DNA of 64,000 nt, from positions 27,111-91,110 of the forward strand of contig JAGVWX010000020.1 of the NCBI GenBank assembly GCA_018304105.1, given 5' to 3'. The position numbers and the translations under genes were made by a program. The first letter of the stretch is position 1, and each line of letters starts with the position of its first letter. A model generated the notes under the pieces. The model ran no database searches. It had not been told where the DNA came from and was given only the letters and a program-made list of their open reading frames with translations. This DNA is from Candidatus Pacearchaeota archaeon. Its GTDB lineage: Archaea; Nanobdellota; Nanobdellia; Pacearchaeales; GW2011-AR1. Below, one piece after another: positions 38,475-47,070 of this stretch.

Positions 38475-39449
38475 ATGATACTCGGCATTGAATCAACCGC
38501 GCATACATTCGGAGTTGCAGTCGCAGACAAAGGCAAAGTTCTTTCAAACATTCGGGACATGTACAAAACAAGTTCTGGAGGAATCATCCCAACAGAATCC
38601 GCAGCACACCATAAGAAACTTGCTCCAGAGATTTATCAAAAAGCTCTCGAGCAGGCAAATATTTCAGAATCTAAAATTACAGCTATCGCCTTTTCAAACG
38701 CTCCAGGTCTCGCGCCTTGTCTTCTTGCAGGATTAGAGTTTGCCCGTAAAAAAGCGAAAGAACTTAAGGTTCCAATCGTTCCAGTAAATCATTGCATTGC
38801 TCATTTAGAAATCGGGCAAAGCATTGGCGCGAAAGACCCAGTCTTGCTTTACGCATCGGGTGCAAACACGCAAATCATCGCTTACGCCGCGGGAAAATAT
38901 CGCGTCTTCGGTGAAACTCTTGATTTAGGTGTAGGAAATTTTATTGACAAAGTCGCGAGACATTTCGGTTTCGGCTTTCCTGGCGGTCCGGAAATAGAAA
39001 AGCACGCAAAGAACGGAAAATACATCGAGCTCCCTTATTCAATAAAAGGCATGGACGTTTCATTTTCCGGAATGCAGACAAAACTTCAGCAGATCTACGA
39101 CAAAGGCGAAAAAGTCGAGAACCTCGCATACAGTTTACAGGAAACTGCTTTCTCAATGTTGGTTGAAGCAGCCGAGCGCGCTCTCGCCCACACTGGAAAA
39201 AAAGAATTAGTTCTTGGCGGCGGCGTAGCATGCAACGCAAGATTGCAGGAAATGTGTCAGATAATGTGCAAAGAGCGCTTGCAAAAAACAAAATATTTCT
39301 GTCCAGAACGCTCGCTATTAGTTGACAACGCGGCGATGATTGCCTACACTGGAGAAATTATGCTTAAGGCAGGAATTAAATCCAATCCAGAAGACGTTGA
39401 CATCAAGCCCAGGGAAAGAACAGACCAAGTTAATGTTACTTGGAGATAA
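38475..39449 (+). CDS. kae1: Kae1/TsaD-family tRNA N6-adenosine threonylcarbamoyltransferase
   Basis: 324 aa with N-terminal ILGIESTAHTFGVAV and metal-binding VNHCIAHLEIG, in the ASKHA fold. A GGAGGT SD lies 14 nt upstream. Confidence 0.9.
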   Translation: MILGIESTAHTFGVAVADKGKVLSNIRDMYKTSSGGIIPTESAAHHKKLAPEIYQKALEQANISESKITAIAFSNAPGLAPCLLAGLEFARKKAKELKVPIVPVNHCIAHLEIGQSIGAKDPVLLYASGANTQIIAYAAGKYRVFGETLDLGVGNFIDKVARHFGFGFPGGPEIEKHAKNGKYIELPYSIKGMDVSFSGMQTKLQQIYDKGEKVENLAYSLQETAFSMLVEAAERALAHTGKKELVLGGGVACNARLQEMCQIMCKERLQKTKYFCPERSLLVDNAAMIAYTGEIMLKAGIKSNPEDVDIKPRERTDQVNVTWR

Positions 39450-39505
39450 TCAAGCAAACGCTTTATTGTAAAAACATTTAAATAAGTTTAGATTTAAAAC
39501 AGATT

Positions 39506-40303
39506 ATGACAAGCCTACAGCTCACAAGGCCCATTGCATTTATCGATATTGAAACAACTGGTCTAAATACACAGCAAGACCGCATTGTAGAAATATGTGT
39601 AATAAAAATCCATCCGAATGGGGCAGAAGAAACGTTAAATTCGGTTATCAATCCCAATGTACCAATCCCTATTGAGTCCACACAAATTCATGGAATAACC
39701 GATTTGGACGTTAAAGAGAAACCAACCTTCAAAGAATTTGCCCCCGAACTAATTGATTTTATAGACAACTGTGATTTAGGTGGATTCGGAACAAAATTTG
39801 ATTTATCAGTTCTAGAATCTGAATTTAAAAGAGAGGGGATAGATTATTCTAAAGAAGGAAAACAAATAGTCGATGTTCAAATTATTTATCATAAGTTAGA
39901 GCCGAGAGACTTAAACGCAGCCCATTTAAGATATTGCGGTAAGCCTTTAGAAAATGCCCATAGGGCGCATATCGATGTTAGGGCAACTATAGACGTCCTT
40001 GAATCTCAGTTAGGGCAACATAATATTTTACCACATGATATTCTTGGTCTGTACGAATTTTGTAATCCAAAAAATCCTGCATGGATTGATGAAGATGGAA
40101 AATTTGCATGGTCTGAAGGAAAAGCCATTATAAATTTTAGAAATAAATACAAAGGAAGAACACTTGAATTTGTATCCAAAAACGATTCTTCTTATCTCCA
40201 ATGGATTTTCAATGCAGACTTCTCTGCTGAAGTTAAAGAGATTGCAAACAAAGCGATTAATGGTAAGTTTCCAGAACCTGCAAAGAGCAAGAATCTCGCA
40301 TAG
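39506..40303 (+). CDS. DEDDh 3'-5' exonuclease (DnaQ/epsilon-like)
   Basis: Exo I motif FIDIETTGL, Exo II FDLSVLESEF, Exo III AHRAHIDVRATIDV (H-x4-D). Confidence 0.75.
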   Translation: MTSLQLTRPIAFIDIETTGLNTQQDRIVEICVIKIHPNGAEETLNSVINPNVPIPIESTQIHGITDLDVKEKPTFKEFAPELIDFIDNCDLGGFGTKFDLSVLESEFKREGIDYSKEGKQIVDVQIIYHKLEPRDLNAAHLRYCGKPLENAHRAHIDVRATIDVLESQLGQHNILPHDILGLYEFCNPKNPAWIDEDGKFAWSEGKAIINFRNKYKGRTLEFVSKNDSSYLQWIFNADFSAEVKEIANKAINGKFPEPAKSKNLA

Positions 40304-40407
40304 AAGGTTACGATGTCCTATTACTTTTAAAAAAAGTTTTCCAAAACTTTTCAAATCCGTAAAAACATTTAAATACCATCCTAATTCTTTCTAAATAAAC
40401 CAATGAT

Positions 40408-40413
40408 AGGAGG
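40408..40413 (+). promoter_or_regulatory. Shine-Dalgarno AGGAGG 5 nt upstream of the L7Ae start
   Basis: Direct sequence observation. Confidence 0.45.
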
Positions 40414-40418
40414 TTCAA

Positions 40419-40727
40419 ATGGACTTCTATAATATCGTAGAGAGAGCAAAGAAAACTGGAAAAATTGAGAAAGGCACGAACGAAGTCACCAAGTCAGTTG
40501 AGCTTGGAACAGCGAAGTTTGTCGTTTATGCTGCCGACGTCCAGCCGAAAGAAATTGTTGCTCATCTTGCAGTTTTATGCAAGGACAAAGGCATTCCATG
40601 CAAAGAAGTTGATTCAAAGCAAAAGCTCGGAATCGCAGCAGGAATTCCGGTCGCAACATCTTCTGTCGCAGTGATTGACGCGGGCGAAGTCGCCAGTGAA
40701 ATTGCTAAACTTAAATCAGAATTATAA
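40419..40727 (+). CDS. rpl7ae: 50S ribosomal protein L7Ae (kink-turn binding)
   Basis: 102 aa. KGTNEVTKSVE.G.AK.VV.A.DV.P.EIV.HL..LC...IP matches L7Ae. Confidence 0.9.
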   Translation: MDFYNIVERAKKTGKIEKGTNEVTKSVELGTAKFVVYAADVQPKEIVAHLAVLCKDKGIPCKEVDSKQKLGIAAGIPVATSSVAVIDAGEVASEIAKLKSEL

Positions 40728-40731
40728 TAAA

Positions 40732-41094
40732 ATGGAAACATCAGCAGTTGAAACCCAGCAGACACAAGGAGAATGGCCAGTAACAGAACTTGAGAGCAGA
40801 GGAGAATTAATCTGTCTCATTCGAGGCGATGTAATAAATATTAATGGCCGTAGAACAATGGTTTATGAAAATGACCAAAGAACAAAAACACTTGTTGTGG
40901 TAAGGGGAGGCCGACTGGGAATTGTCGGAGAGAAAAGACTGGAGGTAGTAGAAGAACAAACATTCTCTTATAATGAACTTGTTATTTCAGCAAGAGGTTT
41001 GGTTAACAGAGATCCTCCTTTTTCACATATAACATATACAACCGTGTTTGAAGATAGATTAGGACAAGAACTAACTGTAAGAGGTCTATTATAA
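40732..41094 (+). CDS. Hypothetical protein A (120 aa) inserted between L7Ae and S28e
   Basis: Start taken at METSAVE, 4 nt after the L7Ae stop. The ORF track offers an upstream start at 40675 inside L7Ae. Its stop is immediately followed by the S28e ATG (TAATG). Confidence 0.45.
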   Translation: METSAVETQQTQGEWPVTELESRGELICLIRGDVININGRRTMVYENDQRTKTLVVVRGGRLGIVGEKRLEVVEEQTFSYNELVISARGLVNRDPPFSHITYTTVFEDRLGQELTVRGLL

Positions 41095-41378
41095 TGGCAA
41101 AACAACAAAGAGTAACGGATAAAACTTCCGAAGAAACAAGCGTTAGAAAAGTCGCTGAAGGAAATGCAGTCAATGGCTTAGTCGAGCAATTCATCGGCCG
41201 AACAGGCGCAAGAGGCGAAGTCACTCAGGCAAAAGTAAAAATCTTAGACGGCAGAAACAAAGGCCGTTCATTAAGAAGAAACATTAAAGGCCCTGTTAAA
41301 ATCGGAGACTTAGTCACATTAAGAGAAACTGAAATTGAAGCTCGAAGAATCAGGGGCCCCGGTGGGAGGTCAATGTAA
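41094..41378 (+). CDS. rps28e: 30S ribosomal protein S28e
   Basis: 94 aa. [53 protein letters not shown] matches S28e (TG..GEVTQV.V.IL.GRDKGR...RN..GP...GD...L.E.EREAR). Confidence 0.85.
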   Translation: MAKQQRVTDKTSEETSVRKVAEGNAVNGLVEQFIGRTGARGEVTQAKVKILDGRNKGRSLRRNIKGPVKIGDLVTLRETEIEARRIRGPGGRSM

Positions 41379-41755
41379 TGGCAGGAGAAAGAATAGAATT
41401 ATTCAAAAACGGAAAAGTTATTCAAGCTCATATTCCAGGATACTCTCTTGCTCAACGTACTGACGCTGAACGAGCAATAATCGATTCAGGATTTGAACCA
41501 AGCGGGCATAATTTATCTAACTACGATGTAACAGGACACGATGAGCATTCAATGCACTTCTGGCATCACGAAACCGGTATAGGCTATATTGTATTAACTG
41601 GTCGCGATTGTACCGAAATTGCGCCTTTGCAAGCAGAACTCTTGAAACACATTGACACGGCAGATAGAAATTTCGCTTTGGGCTTGCCTCTGGAGTCTGA
41701 CGAGAAAACTATTGCAGTAATTAAAACAATGAGAAAACCAAAGAGGTCAATGTAG
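41378..41755 (+). CDS. Hypothetical protein B (125 aa) inserted between S28e and L24e
   Basis: Overlapping TAATG junction with S28e. His-rich segment HDEHSMHFWHHETG. No family recognised. Confidence 0.45.
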   Translation: MAGERIELFKNGKVIQAHIPGYSLAQRTDAERAIIDSGFEPSGHNLSNYDVTGHDEHSMHFWHHETGIGYIVLTGRDCTEIAPLQAELLKHIDTADRNFALGLPLESDEKTIAVIKTMRKPKRSM

Positions 41756-42126
41756 TGGCATCCAAGAGGGGACCAAACGCAAGAGCAAAACTGCCTAAAA
41801 GCAAGGTCCAGGCAGATGTCGGCTTAACAGTAGAAAGAGCGCGTGCATTAGCTGAAGAGATGTTCCCTGAGGCAGACATAAGTAACTATGTTGTAACAGA
41901 TGTACCTTCAGGAGCAGTGGTCTTTTCTATAGAAGACGGACGAAAAGGTTATGCTTTTTTTGCACCTAACGGAACATCTTACTCTGGAGACCCAGTTGCA
42001 CGAGCTAATATTTTTGCCGAAGGCCATAAAGCAATAGGCAGAACCGTAAAAAGAGAAGTAGACCTTACCAGAAATGTTGTAGGAATTTATTGGGAATCAG
42101 ACAACGAAGGGAGGGCGCATGGTTAA
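41755..42126 (+). CDS. Hypothetical protein C (123 aa), GTG start, inserted between S28e and L24e
   Basis: Immediately follows B's stop. Its 3' end overlaps the L24e start by 8 nt. No motif. Confidence 0.4.
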   Translation: MASKRGPNARAKLPKSKVQADVGLTVERARALAEEMFPEADISNYVVTDVPSGAVVFSIEDGRKGYAFFAPNGTSYSGDPVARANIFAEGHKAIGRTVKREVDLTRNVVGIYWESDNEGRAHG

Positions 42127-42391
42127 ATGCACATTCTGCGGAAGAGAAGAGCATGCTTTCAAAGGAATTAATTTAATAAAAAATACGGGAGTTGTCGCAT
42201 ACTATTGTTCAAGCAAATGCCAGAAAAATTCTGAAAAACTAGGACGTGATAAAAGAAAAGTCCGCTGGACCGAAGCATTTCACATAACAAGAAACAAAGC
42301 AATCGCTAAAGCGCAGACCGAAAAAGACAAGCCTTCAGTTCAGGAAGAAGCCAAAAAGGAAAAGAAGCTTGCTAAAGCAGAAAAGAAATAA
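42119..42391 (+). CDS. rpl24e: 50S ribosomal protein L24e
   Basis: MVKCTFCGREEHAFKGINLIKNTGVVAYYCSSKCQ is the L24e zinc-ribbon N-terminus, followed by a Lys-rich tail. Confidence 0.85.
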   Translation: MVKCTFCGREEHAFKGINLIKNTGVVAYYCSSKCQKNSEKLGRDKRKVRWTEAFHITRNKAIAKAQTEKDKPSVQEEAKKEKKLAKAEKK

Positions 42392-42478
42392 AATTAATTT
42401 TACCGTCGACAAACCCTATTTTTTCTCAGAAAGGTTTTTAAACCTTCATCACCATTTCTAAGCGTCTGAGGTTCTCTC

Positions 42479-43444
42479 ATGGTTGATAAAAACGAAGCAA
42501 TAAAGGATTATTCATCCAAAAATGTCAAGGTATTGGAAGGCTTGGAAAGTATCCGAAAACAGTTTGATGTAATTGAACTATCCAAGAATGTAAAGCGGCA
42601 AGGAGACATACTTACTCTCTCGCAAGAGCTTAAAATAAATTATTCTAGCTTAAAGAGGGCGGTTGAAGAGGGAAGAATACTGCAGATTTTTCCAAGTTTA
42701 AACAAAAGCAAGGTTCTGCCATTGTCAAGATTAAAAACAGAAAGAGATTTTTCTGAATTTTCGAGACTCAACGATTTAGATCTGCTTTCCACTAGAGAAA
42801 TCTACAAAAGAGTCAAACAATGGAATGTCGATTTGCAGAAAAATCCGCGAGATTTGTTAAATCGGGAAGAACACGATTTGATTATCGGTAGTTTATTGGG
42901 CGATGCGAGCATCAGAAAAAGATTAAGGAATTCCTGTTTTCGGGTGGCTCATTCAGTCAAACAAGAAGAATATGCAAAATACAAACAAAACGTCTTAAGA
43001 ATATTCGGAACTTCCGAATACACAGAAAAAGAAAGAATAATAAAAGAAAGGACTGTTAAGATGTTTTACTTTTCCACCAGGACGCATCCGGTTTTCAATT
43101 ATTATCGAAATCTATTTTATAATTCTGGCAGAAAGCAAGTAACGCGGGAGATATTATCGCAGCTTAACCCTTCCAGCTTAGCGATATGGATTTGCGACGA
43201 CGGAAGTTACGAAACAAAGCAAGGTTATATCATACTGTGTACAAATTCTTACTCTAAAGAAGAACATTCGCTAATGAAGAAATTTTTCAATGAAAAGTTC
43301 GGCCTCAATCCAACAATAGGTTTCAGAGATGGCAAATATTATTACTTACGGTTTAAACAAGACGATAGTAAAAAATTAATTGAGATTGTAAGGCCGTTTA
43401 TCCCGGAAAGCATGAAATACAAAATTGGAGAAAAAAATGACTGA
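42479..43444 (+). CDS. Free-standing LAGLIDADG homing endonuclease whose N-terminus duplicates the GyrB N-terminus
   Basis: Two LAGLIDADG motifs (LIIGSLLGDASI; LAIWICDDGSY). N-terminal residues DYSSKNVKVLEGLESIRK match GyrB EYTAKNIKVLEGLTAVRA (12/18 identical) before diverging. Its stop overlaps the gyrB ATG. Confidence 0.75.
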   Translation: MVDKNEAIKDYSSKNVKVLEGLESIRKQFDVIELSKNVKRQGDILTLSQELKINYSSLKRAVEEGRILQIFPSLNKSKVLPLSRLKTERDFSEFSRLNDLDLLSTREIYKRVKQWNVDLQKNPRDLLNREEHDLIIGSLLGDASIRKRLRNSCFRVAHSVKQEEYAKYKQNVLRIFGTSEYTEKERIIKERTVKMFYFSTRTHPVFNYYRNLFYNSGRKQVTREILSQLNPSSLAIWICDDGSYETKQGYIILCTNSYSKEEHSLMKKFFNEKFGLNPTIGFRDGKYYYLRFKQDDSKKLIEIVRPFIPESMKYKIGEKND

Positions 43445-46400
43445 AGGTGCCGAATACACAGCTAAGAACATTAAAGTGTTAGAAGGATTAACCGCAGTTC
43501 GAGCAAGACCGGCGATGTACATAGGTTCTACCTCAAAAAACGGCCTCCACCACTTAGTTTATGAAATAGTTGACAACTCAGTCGATGAAGCAATGGCTGG
43601 CTACTGCGATAAAATAGAAGTCACAATAAACAAAGACGGTTCTGTAACAGTTATAGACAACGGAAGAGGAATTCCAGTTGACCCTCATCCAGTTTACAAA
43701 AAATCCGCAATGGAAATCGCAATTACAAAACTTCATGCAGGAGGAAAATTCGACAAAGGAAGCTACGCAGTTTCAGGCGGCCTCCATGGAGTCGGTATCT
43801 CAGTCGTAAACGCATTATCAAAGCACATGAAAGTTTCAGTTAAGCGTGACGGAAAAATCTACCAGCAGGAATACAAAATCGGAAAGCCCCTTTACGATGT
43901 AAAAGTCGTAGGCAAAGCCGAAAAAGACGACACGGGAACTGAAGTAACTTTCTTTCCAGATGACACAATTTTCACTTCAACCCAATTTGAATTCGGCGTT
44001 TTAGAAACGCGATTCAGAGAAATAGCTTTCCTAAACAAGGGAGTAAAAATAACCCTGGAAGAAGAAGCAACAGACAAGAAAGAAATTTTCCACTACGAAG
44101 GTGGCTTGGAAGAATTCGTAAAATGGGTAAACAAATCAAAAGAAGCTTTGCACAAGCCGATATATTTCACAAAAACAGAAGAGAAAGTAGTAGTTGAAGT
44201 CGCGGTTCAGTACAATAACGGTTACCAGGAAAATGTTTTGGGTTTTGTAAACACAATCAACACAGTTGAAGGCGGAACTCACGTCGTAGGATTCAAGACT
44301 GCCTTGACAAGAGCAATAAATGACTATTCTAACAAAAACAAAATGAGCAAGGACGGCAATCTCACAGGCGACGACGTTCGCGAAGGTCTTACCGCAATCA
44401 TTTCCGTAAAAGTTCCAGAGCCGCAGTTCGAAGGCCAGACAAAAACAAAATTAGGAAACAGTGAAATAAAGGGAATCGTTGACAGCGTTTCCATGGCATC
44501 TTTGCAAGAATTCTTCGAAGAAAATCCCGCAATCGCCAGGAGAATCGTAACAAAATCTTTAGAATCACAAAGAGCCAGGGAAGCTGCAAGAAAAGCCAAA
44601 GACCTTGTAAGAAGAAAATCTGCATTTTCTTTTGGCGGCCTTCCAGGAAAGTTAGCGGACTGTTCAAAGAAAAGCTCGCAGGAAACTGAGTTGTTCATTG
44701 TCGAGGGAGATTCTGCAGGAGGTTGTTTTTCAGGCGATACAGAAATTGCCCTTGCTGATGGTAGAATCTTATCATTCAAAGAGTTGCTCAAAGAAAATAA
44801 ACATGGCAAGCAAAACTTTTGTTATACAATAAGAGAAGATGGCTCACTAGGAATTGAAAAGATAAAAAATCCAAGAATCACAAAAACAAACACTTCAGTC
44901 ATAAAGATAATTCTCGATAATGGTAAAGAAATAACTTGCACGCCAAACCACAAGTTTATGTTAAGAAACGGTGTTTACAAAGAAGCAAAAGATTTAACCA
45001 CAAGCGATTCTTTGATGCCATTGCATAAAAGAATTTCAAAAATCGGCGGAAGGATTACGATAGACGGTTATGAAATGGTCTGGGATCCGAAAAAAACTTG
45101 GGTTTTCACACACCTTCTGGCAGACGAACACAATTTAAAGAATCAGGTTTATCTCAAAGAACAAGGAAACCACAAGCACCATATAGATTTTAACAAGCTA
45201 AACAATAACCCGACGAATATTGTTCGGTTGTCTAAAAAAGAGCATCTAATTCTTCACACAAACCATTTAGAAAAAACAATTCACAGTGCAGAAAGCAAAC
45301 AGAAAGCCGCCGAGGCGCATAAAACTTTGTCATATCGAGAAAGTGTAAGAAAATGGGCTTCTCAGCCAAAGGTTAAGGAAACGCTCTCGAATAAAGCAAA
45401 AGAGCAGTGGAAAGATTCGGGATACAAATCAGAGATGAAGAGAAAATTCTTAGAATTTTACAATTCAAATGAAGAATATCGTAATCAAAATAAATCGCAA
45501 CTTAACGAGGAACAACAAAAATATTGGGCAAACCCCGAAAATAGAAAAAAAGCAGCAGAAAAAGTCAAGATATTCTTTGAAGAGAATCCAGATGCTAAGA
45601 AATATCTTTCAGATTTAGCTACGGAACAATGGAAAGACGAAGCAATTTTGATTTGGAGAAGACAAAAGACGAAAGAACAATGGACTCCAGATTTCAGGGC
45701 AAAAAGAAAAGTCTCTTATGACCAAACTTATTACAATAAAACAATCGCATTAATGAAAAGCGTTTTGGAAAAAAACGGCAGCTTAGCACAATTCGATGAA
45801 GAAAGAATGAAGAACAAAGACCACTCGATTTTAAGTATGGAAACATTTTGTTCGAGATTTTTCAATAAAAACCCTGATAAGATGATTGAATCTGTTAAGC
45901 TTTATAACCACAAAATAAAGCGAATCGAATTTCTAAATGAAAAAATTGATGTATATGACATCGAAGTTCTGAATACGCACAATTTTGCTTTAGCATCAGG
46001 AATTTTTGTTCATAACAGTGCAAAGCAAGGCCGAAACAAAGAGTTCCAGGCAGTCCTTCCATTGAAAGGCAAAATCATAAACGTTGAAAAAGCAAATCCC
46101 ATTAAAGCGCTTTCAAGTGAAGAAATATCAAATTTAATCACTGCAATGGGCACAGGCGTCGGCGATCAGTTCGACCCTGAAAAAATAAGATACTCAAAAA
46201 TAATAATCATGACTGATGCAGACGTTGACGGCGCGCACATCACAACTTTGTTATTGACTTTCTTCTTCCGCTTCATGCCGAAGTTAATTGAAAATGGAAA
46301 TATTTACATCGCAGTCTCCCCGCTTTACAGAGTCAGAAAGAAAAGCATTCATTACGTCTATTCAGACGATGAACTTAAAAAAATAGTTGCAAAACTTGGG

Positions 46401-46619
46401 CAAAACGTAAACGTTCAGAGATTCAAGGGTTTGGGAGAAATGAATCCTGAACAACTTTGGGAAACAACAATGAATCCAAAGGAAAGGCTTTTGAAAAAAG
46501 TTATGATTGAAGACGCCGTCAAGGCAGACGAAACATTTTCTAAATTAATGGGCGATGACGTTGAAGCAAGAAGGCAATTCATTGCAGAGCGCGCTCACGA
46601 GGCAAACGTAGACATTTAA
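43437..46619 (+). CDS. gyrB: DNA gyrase subunit B containing a ~431-aa HNH-type intein at the conserved GDSAGG|SAKQGR site
   Basis: Start taken at ATG MTEGAEY; the ORF track offers TTG at 43425. GHKL ATPase motifs (NSVDEAMAGYC, GLHGVG), then Toprim EGDSAGG-[intein]-SAKQGRNKEFQAVLPLKGKIINVEK, and the C-terminal PLYRV..K, KGLGEMNPEQLWETTM. Confidence 0.9.
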   Translation: MTEGAEYTAKNIKVLEGLTAVRARPAMYIGSTSKNGLHHLVYEIVDNSVDEAMAGYCDKIEVTINKDGSVTVIDNGRGIPVDPHPVYKKSAMEIAITKLHAGGKFDKGSYAVSGGLHGVGISVVNALSKHMKVSVKRDGKIYQQEYKIGKPLYDVKVVGKAEKDDTGTEVTFFPDDTIFTSTQFEFGVLETRFREIAFLNKGVKITLEEEATDKKEIFHYEGGLEEFVKWVNKSKEALHKPIYFTKTEEKVVVEVAVQYNNGYQENVLGFVNTINTVEGGTHVVGFKTALTRAINDYSNKNKMSKDGNLTGDDVREGLTAIISVKVPEPQFEGQTKTKLGNSEIKGIVDSVSMASLQEFFEENPAIARRIVTKSLESQRAREAARKAKDLVRRKSAFSFGGLPGKLADCSKKSSQETELFIVEGDSAGGCFSGDTEIALADGRILSFKELLKENKHGKQNFCYTIREDGSLGIEKIKNPRITKTNTSVIKIILDNGKEITCTPNHKFMLRNGVYKEAKDLTTSDSLMPLHKRISKIGGRITIDGYEMVWDPKKTWVFTHLLADEHNLKNQVYLKEQGNHKHHIDFNKLNNNPTNIVRLSKKEHLILHTNHLEKTIHSAESKQKAAEAHKTLSYRESVRKWASQPKVKETLSNKAKEQWKDSGYKSEMKRKFLEFYNSNEEYRNQNKSQLNEEQQKYWANPENRKKAAEKVKIFFEENPDAKKYLSDLATEQWKDEAILIWRRQKTKEQWTPDFRAKRKVSYDQTYYNKTIALMKSVLEKNGSLAQFDEERMKNKDHSILSMETFCSRFFNKNPDKMIESVKLYNHKIKRIEFLNEKIDVYDIEVLNTHNFALASGIFVHNSAKQGRNKEFQAVLPLKGKIINVEKANPIKALSSEEISNLITAMGTGVGDQFDPEKIRYSKIIIMTDADVDGAHITTLLLTFFFRFMPKLIENGNIYIAVSPLYRVRKKSIHYVYSDDELKKIVAKLGQNVNVQRFKGLGEMNPEQLWETTMNPKERLLKKVMIEDAVKADETFSKLMGDDVEARRQFIAERAHEANVDI
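44724..46016 (+). mobile_element. GyrB intein with HNH-like endonuclease domain
   Basis: It begins with Cys right after GDSAGG (CFSGDTEIAL, Hint block A), has TPNHKF (block B), and ends ...NTHNFALASGIFVHN followed by S. An internal HNH-like segment is HKHHIDFNKLNNNPTNIVRLSKKEHLILH. The extein is precisely restored (GDSAGG-SAKQGR). Confidence 0.8.
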
Positions 46620-46620
46620 C

Positions 46621-47070
46621 ATGATGAAACAGATTTTAATTAAGAAAACTGAAAGCAAGAATATCGTAGAAGGAGCAGAAGAGTACGCGACAAGAATGCA
46701 TGCTGGACAAAAAAGGCAATATATTGCGGCAGCTTGGCTTCATGACGTTGTTGAGGACACAAGCGCCACAATAGGAAATATTAAAAATAATTTTGGTGGG
46801 GCGATGGCAAATATTGTAGCTATTTTAACAAAAGGAAGTAATGAGGAGGAATATGCTAAAAGATTTGCTAAATGTAAAAAAGAAATTGCCTTAATTAAGC
46901 TAGCAGATTTTTATGACAATACTAGTATGCTTATTCATTTAGACAAAAAGCACAAAGAACAATATACTTATTTTGCCGAGAAATTTTATTTACCACTAGC
47001 AAGAAAATTAAACAAATCTTTATATGAGAAAATAAAAAATAACATTGATGGAGTAAGACCTAAAACATGA
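46621..47070 (+). CDS. Small HD-domain protein resembling the RelA/SpoT (p)ppGpp-hydrolase domain (small alarmone hydrolase-like), possibly truncated
   Basis: 149 aa. RMHAGQKRQ...LHDVVEDT matches the SpoT/Mesh1 HD motif (AH.GQ.R.....LHDVVEDT). The segment between these two blocks (where the typical HP would sit) is shortened. It lies between gyrB and gyrA with 1-nt and ATGA overlaps. Confidence 0.55.
   Translation: MMKQILIKKTESKNIVEGAEEYATRMHAGQKRQYIAAAWLHDVVEDTSATIGNIKNNFGGAMANIVAILTKGSNEEEYAKRFAKCKKEIALIKLADFYDNTSMLIHLDKKHKEQYTYFAEKFYLPLARKLNKSLYEKIKNNIDGVRPKT

Noticed and set aside
43425-43436. TTG start for gyrB as given in the ORF track
   Set aside because: An ATG (MTEGAEY) 12 nt downstream gives the conserved GyrB N-terminus and overlaps the endonuclease stop in the usual ATGA-like manner, so the ATG is preferred.
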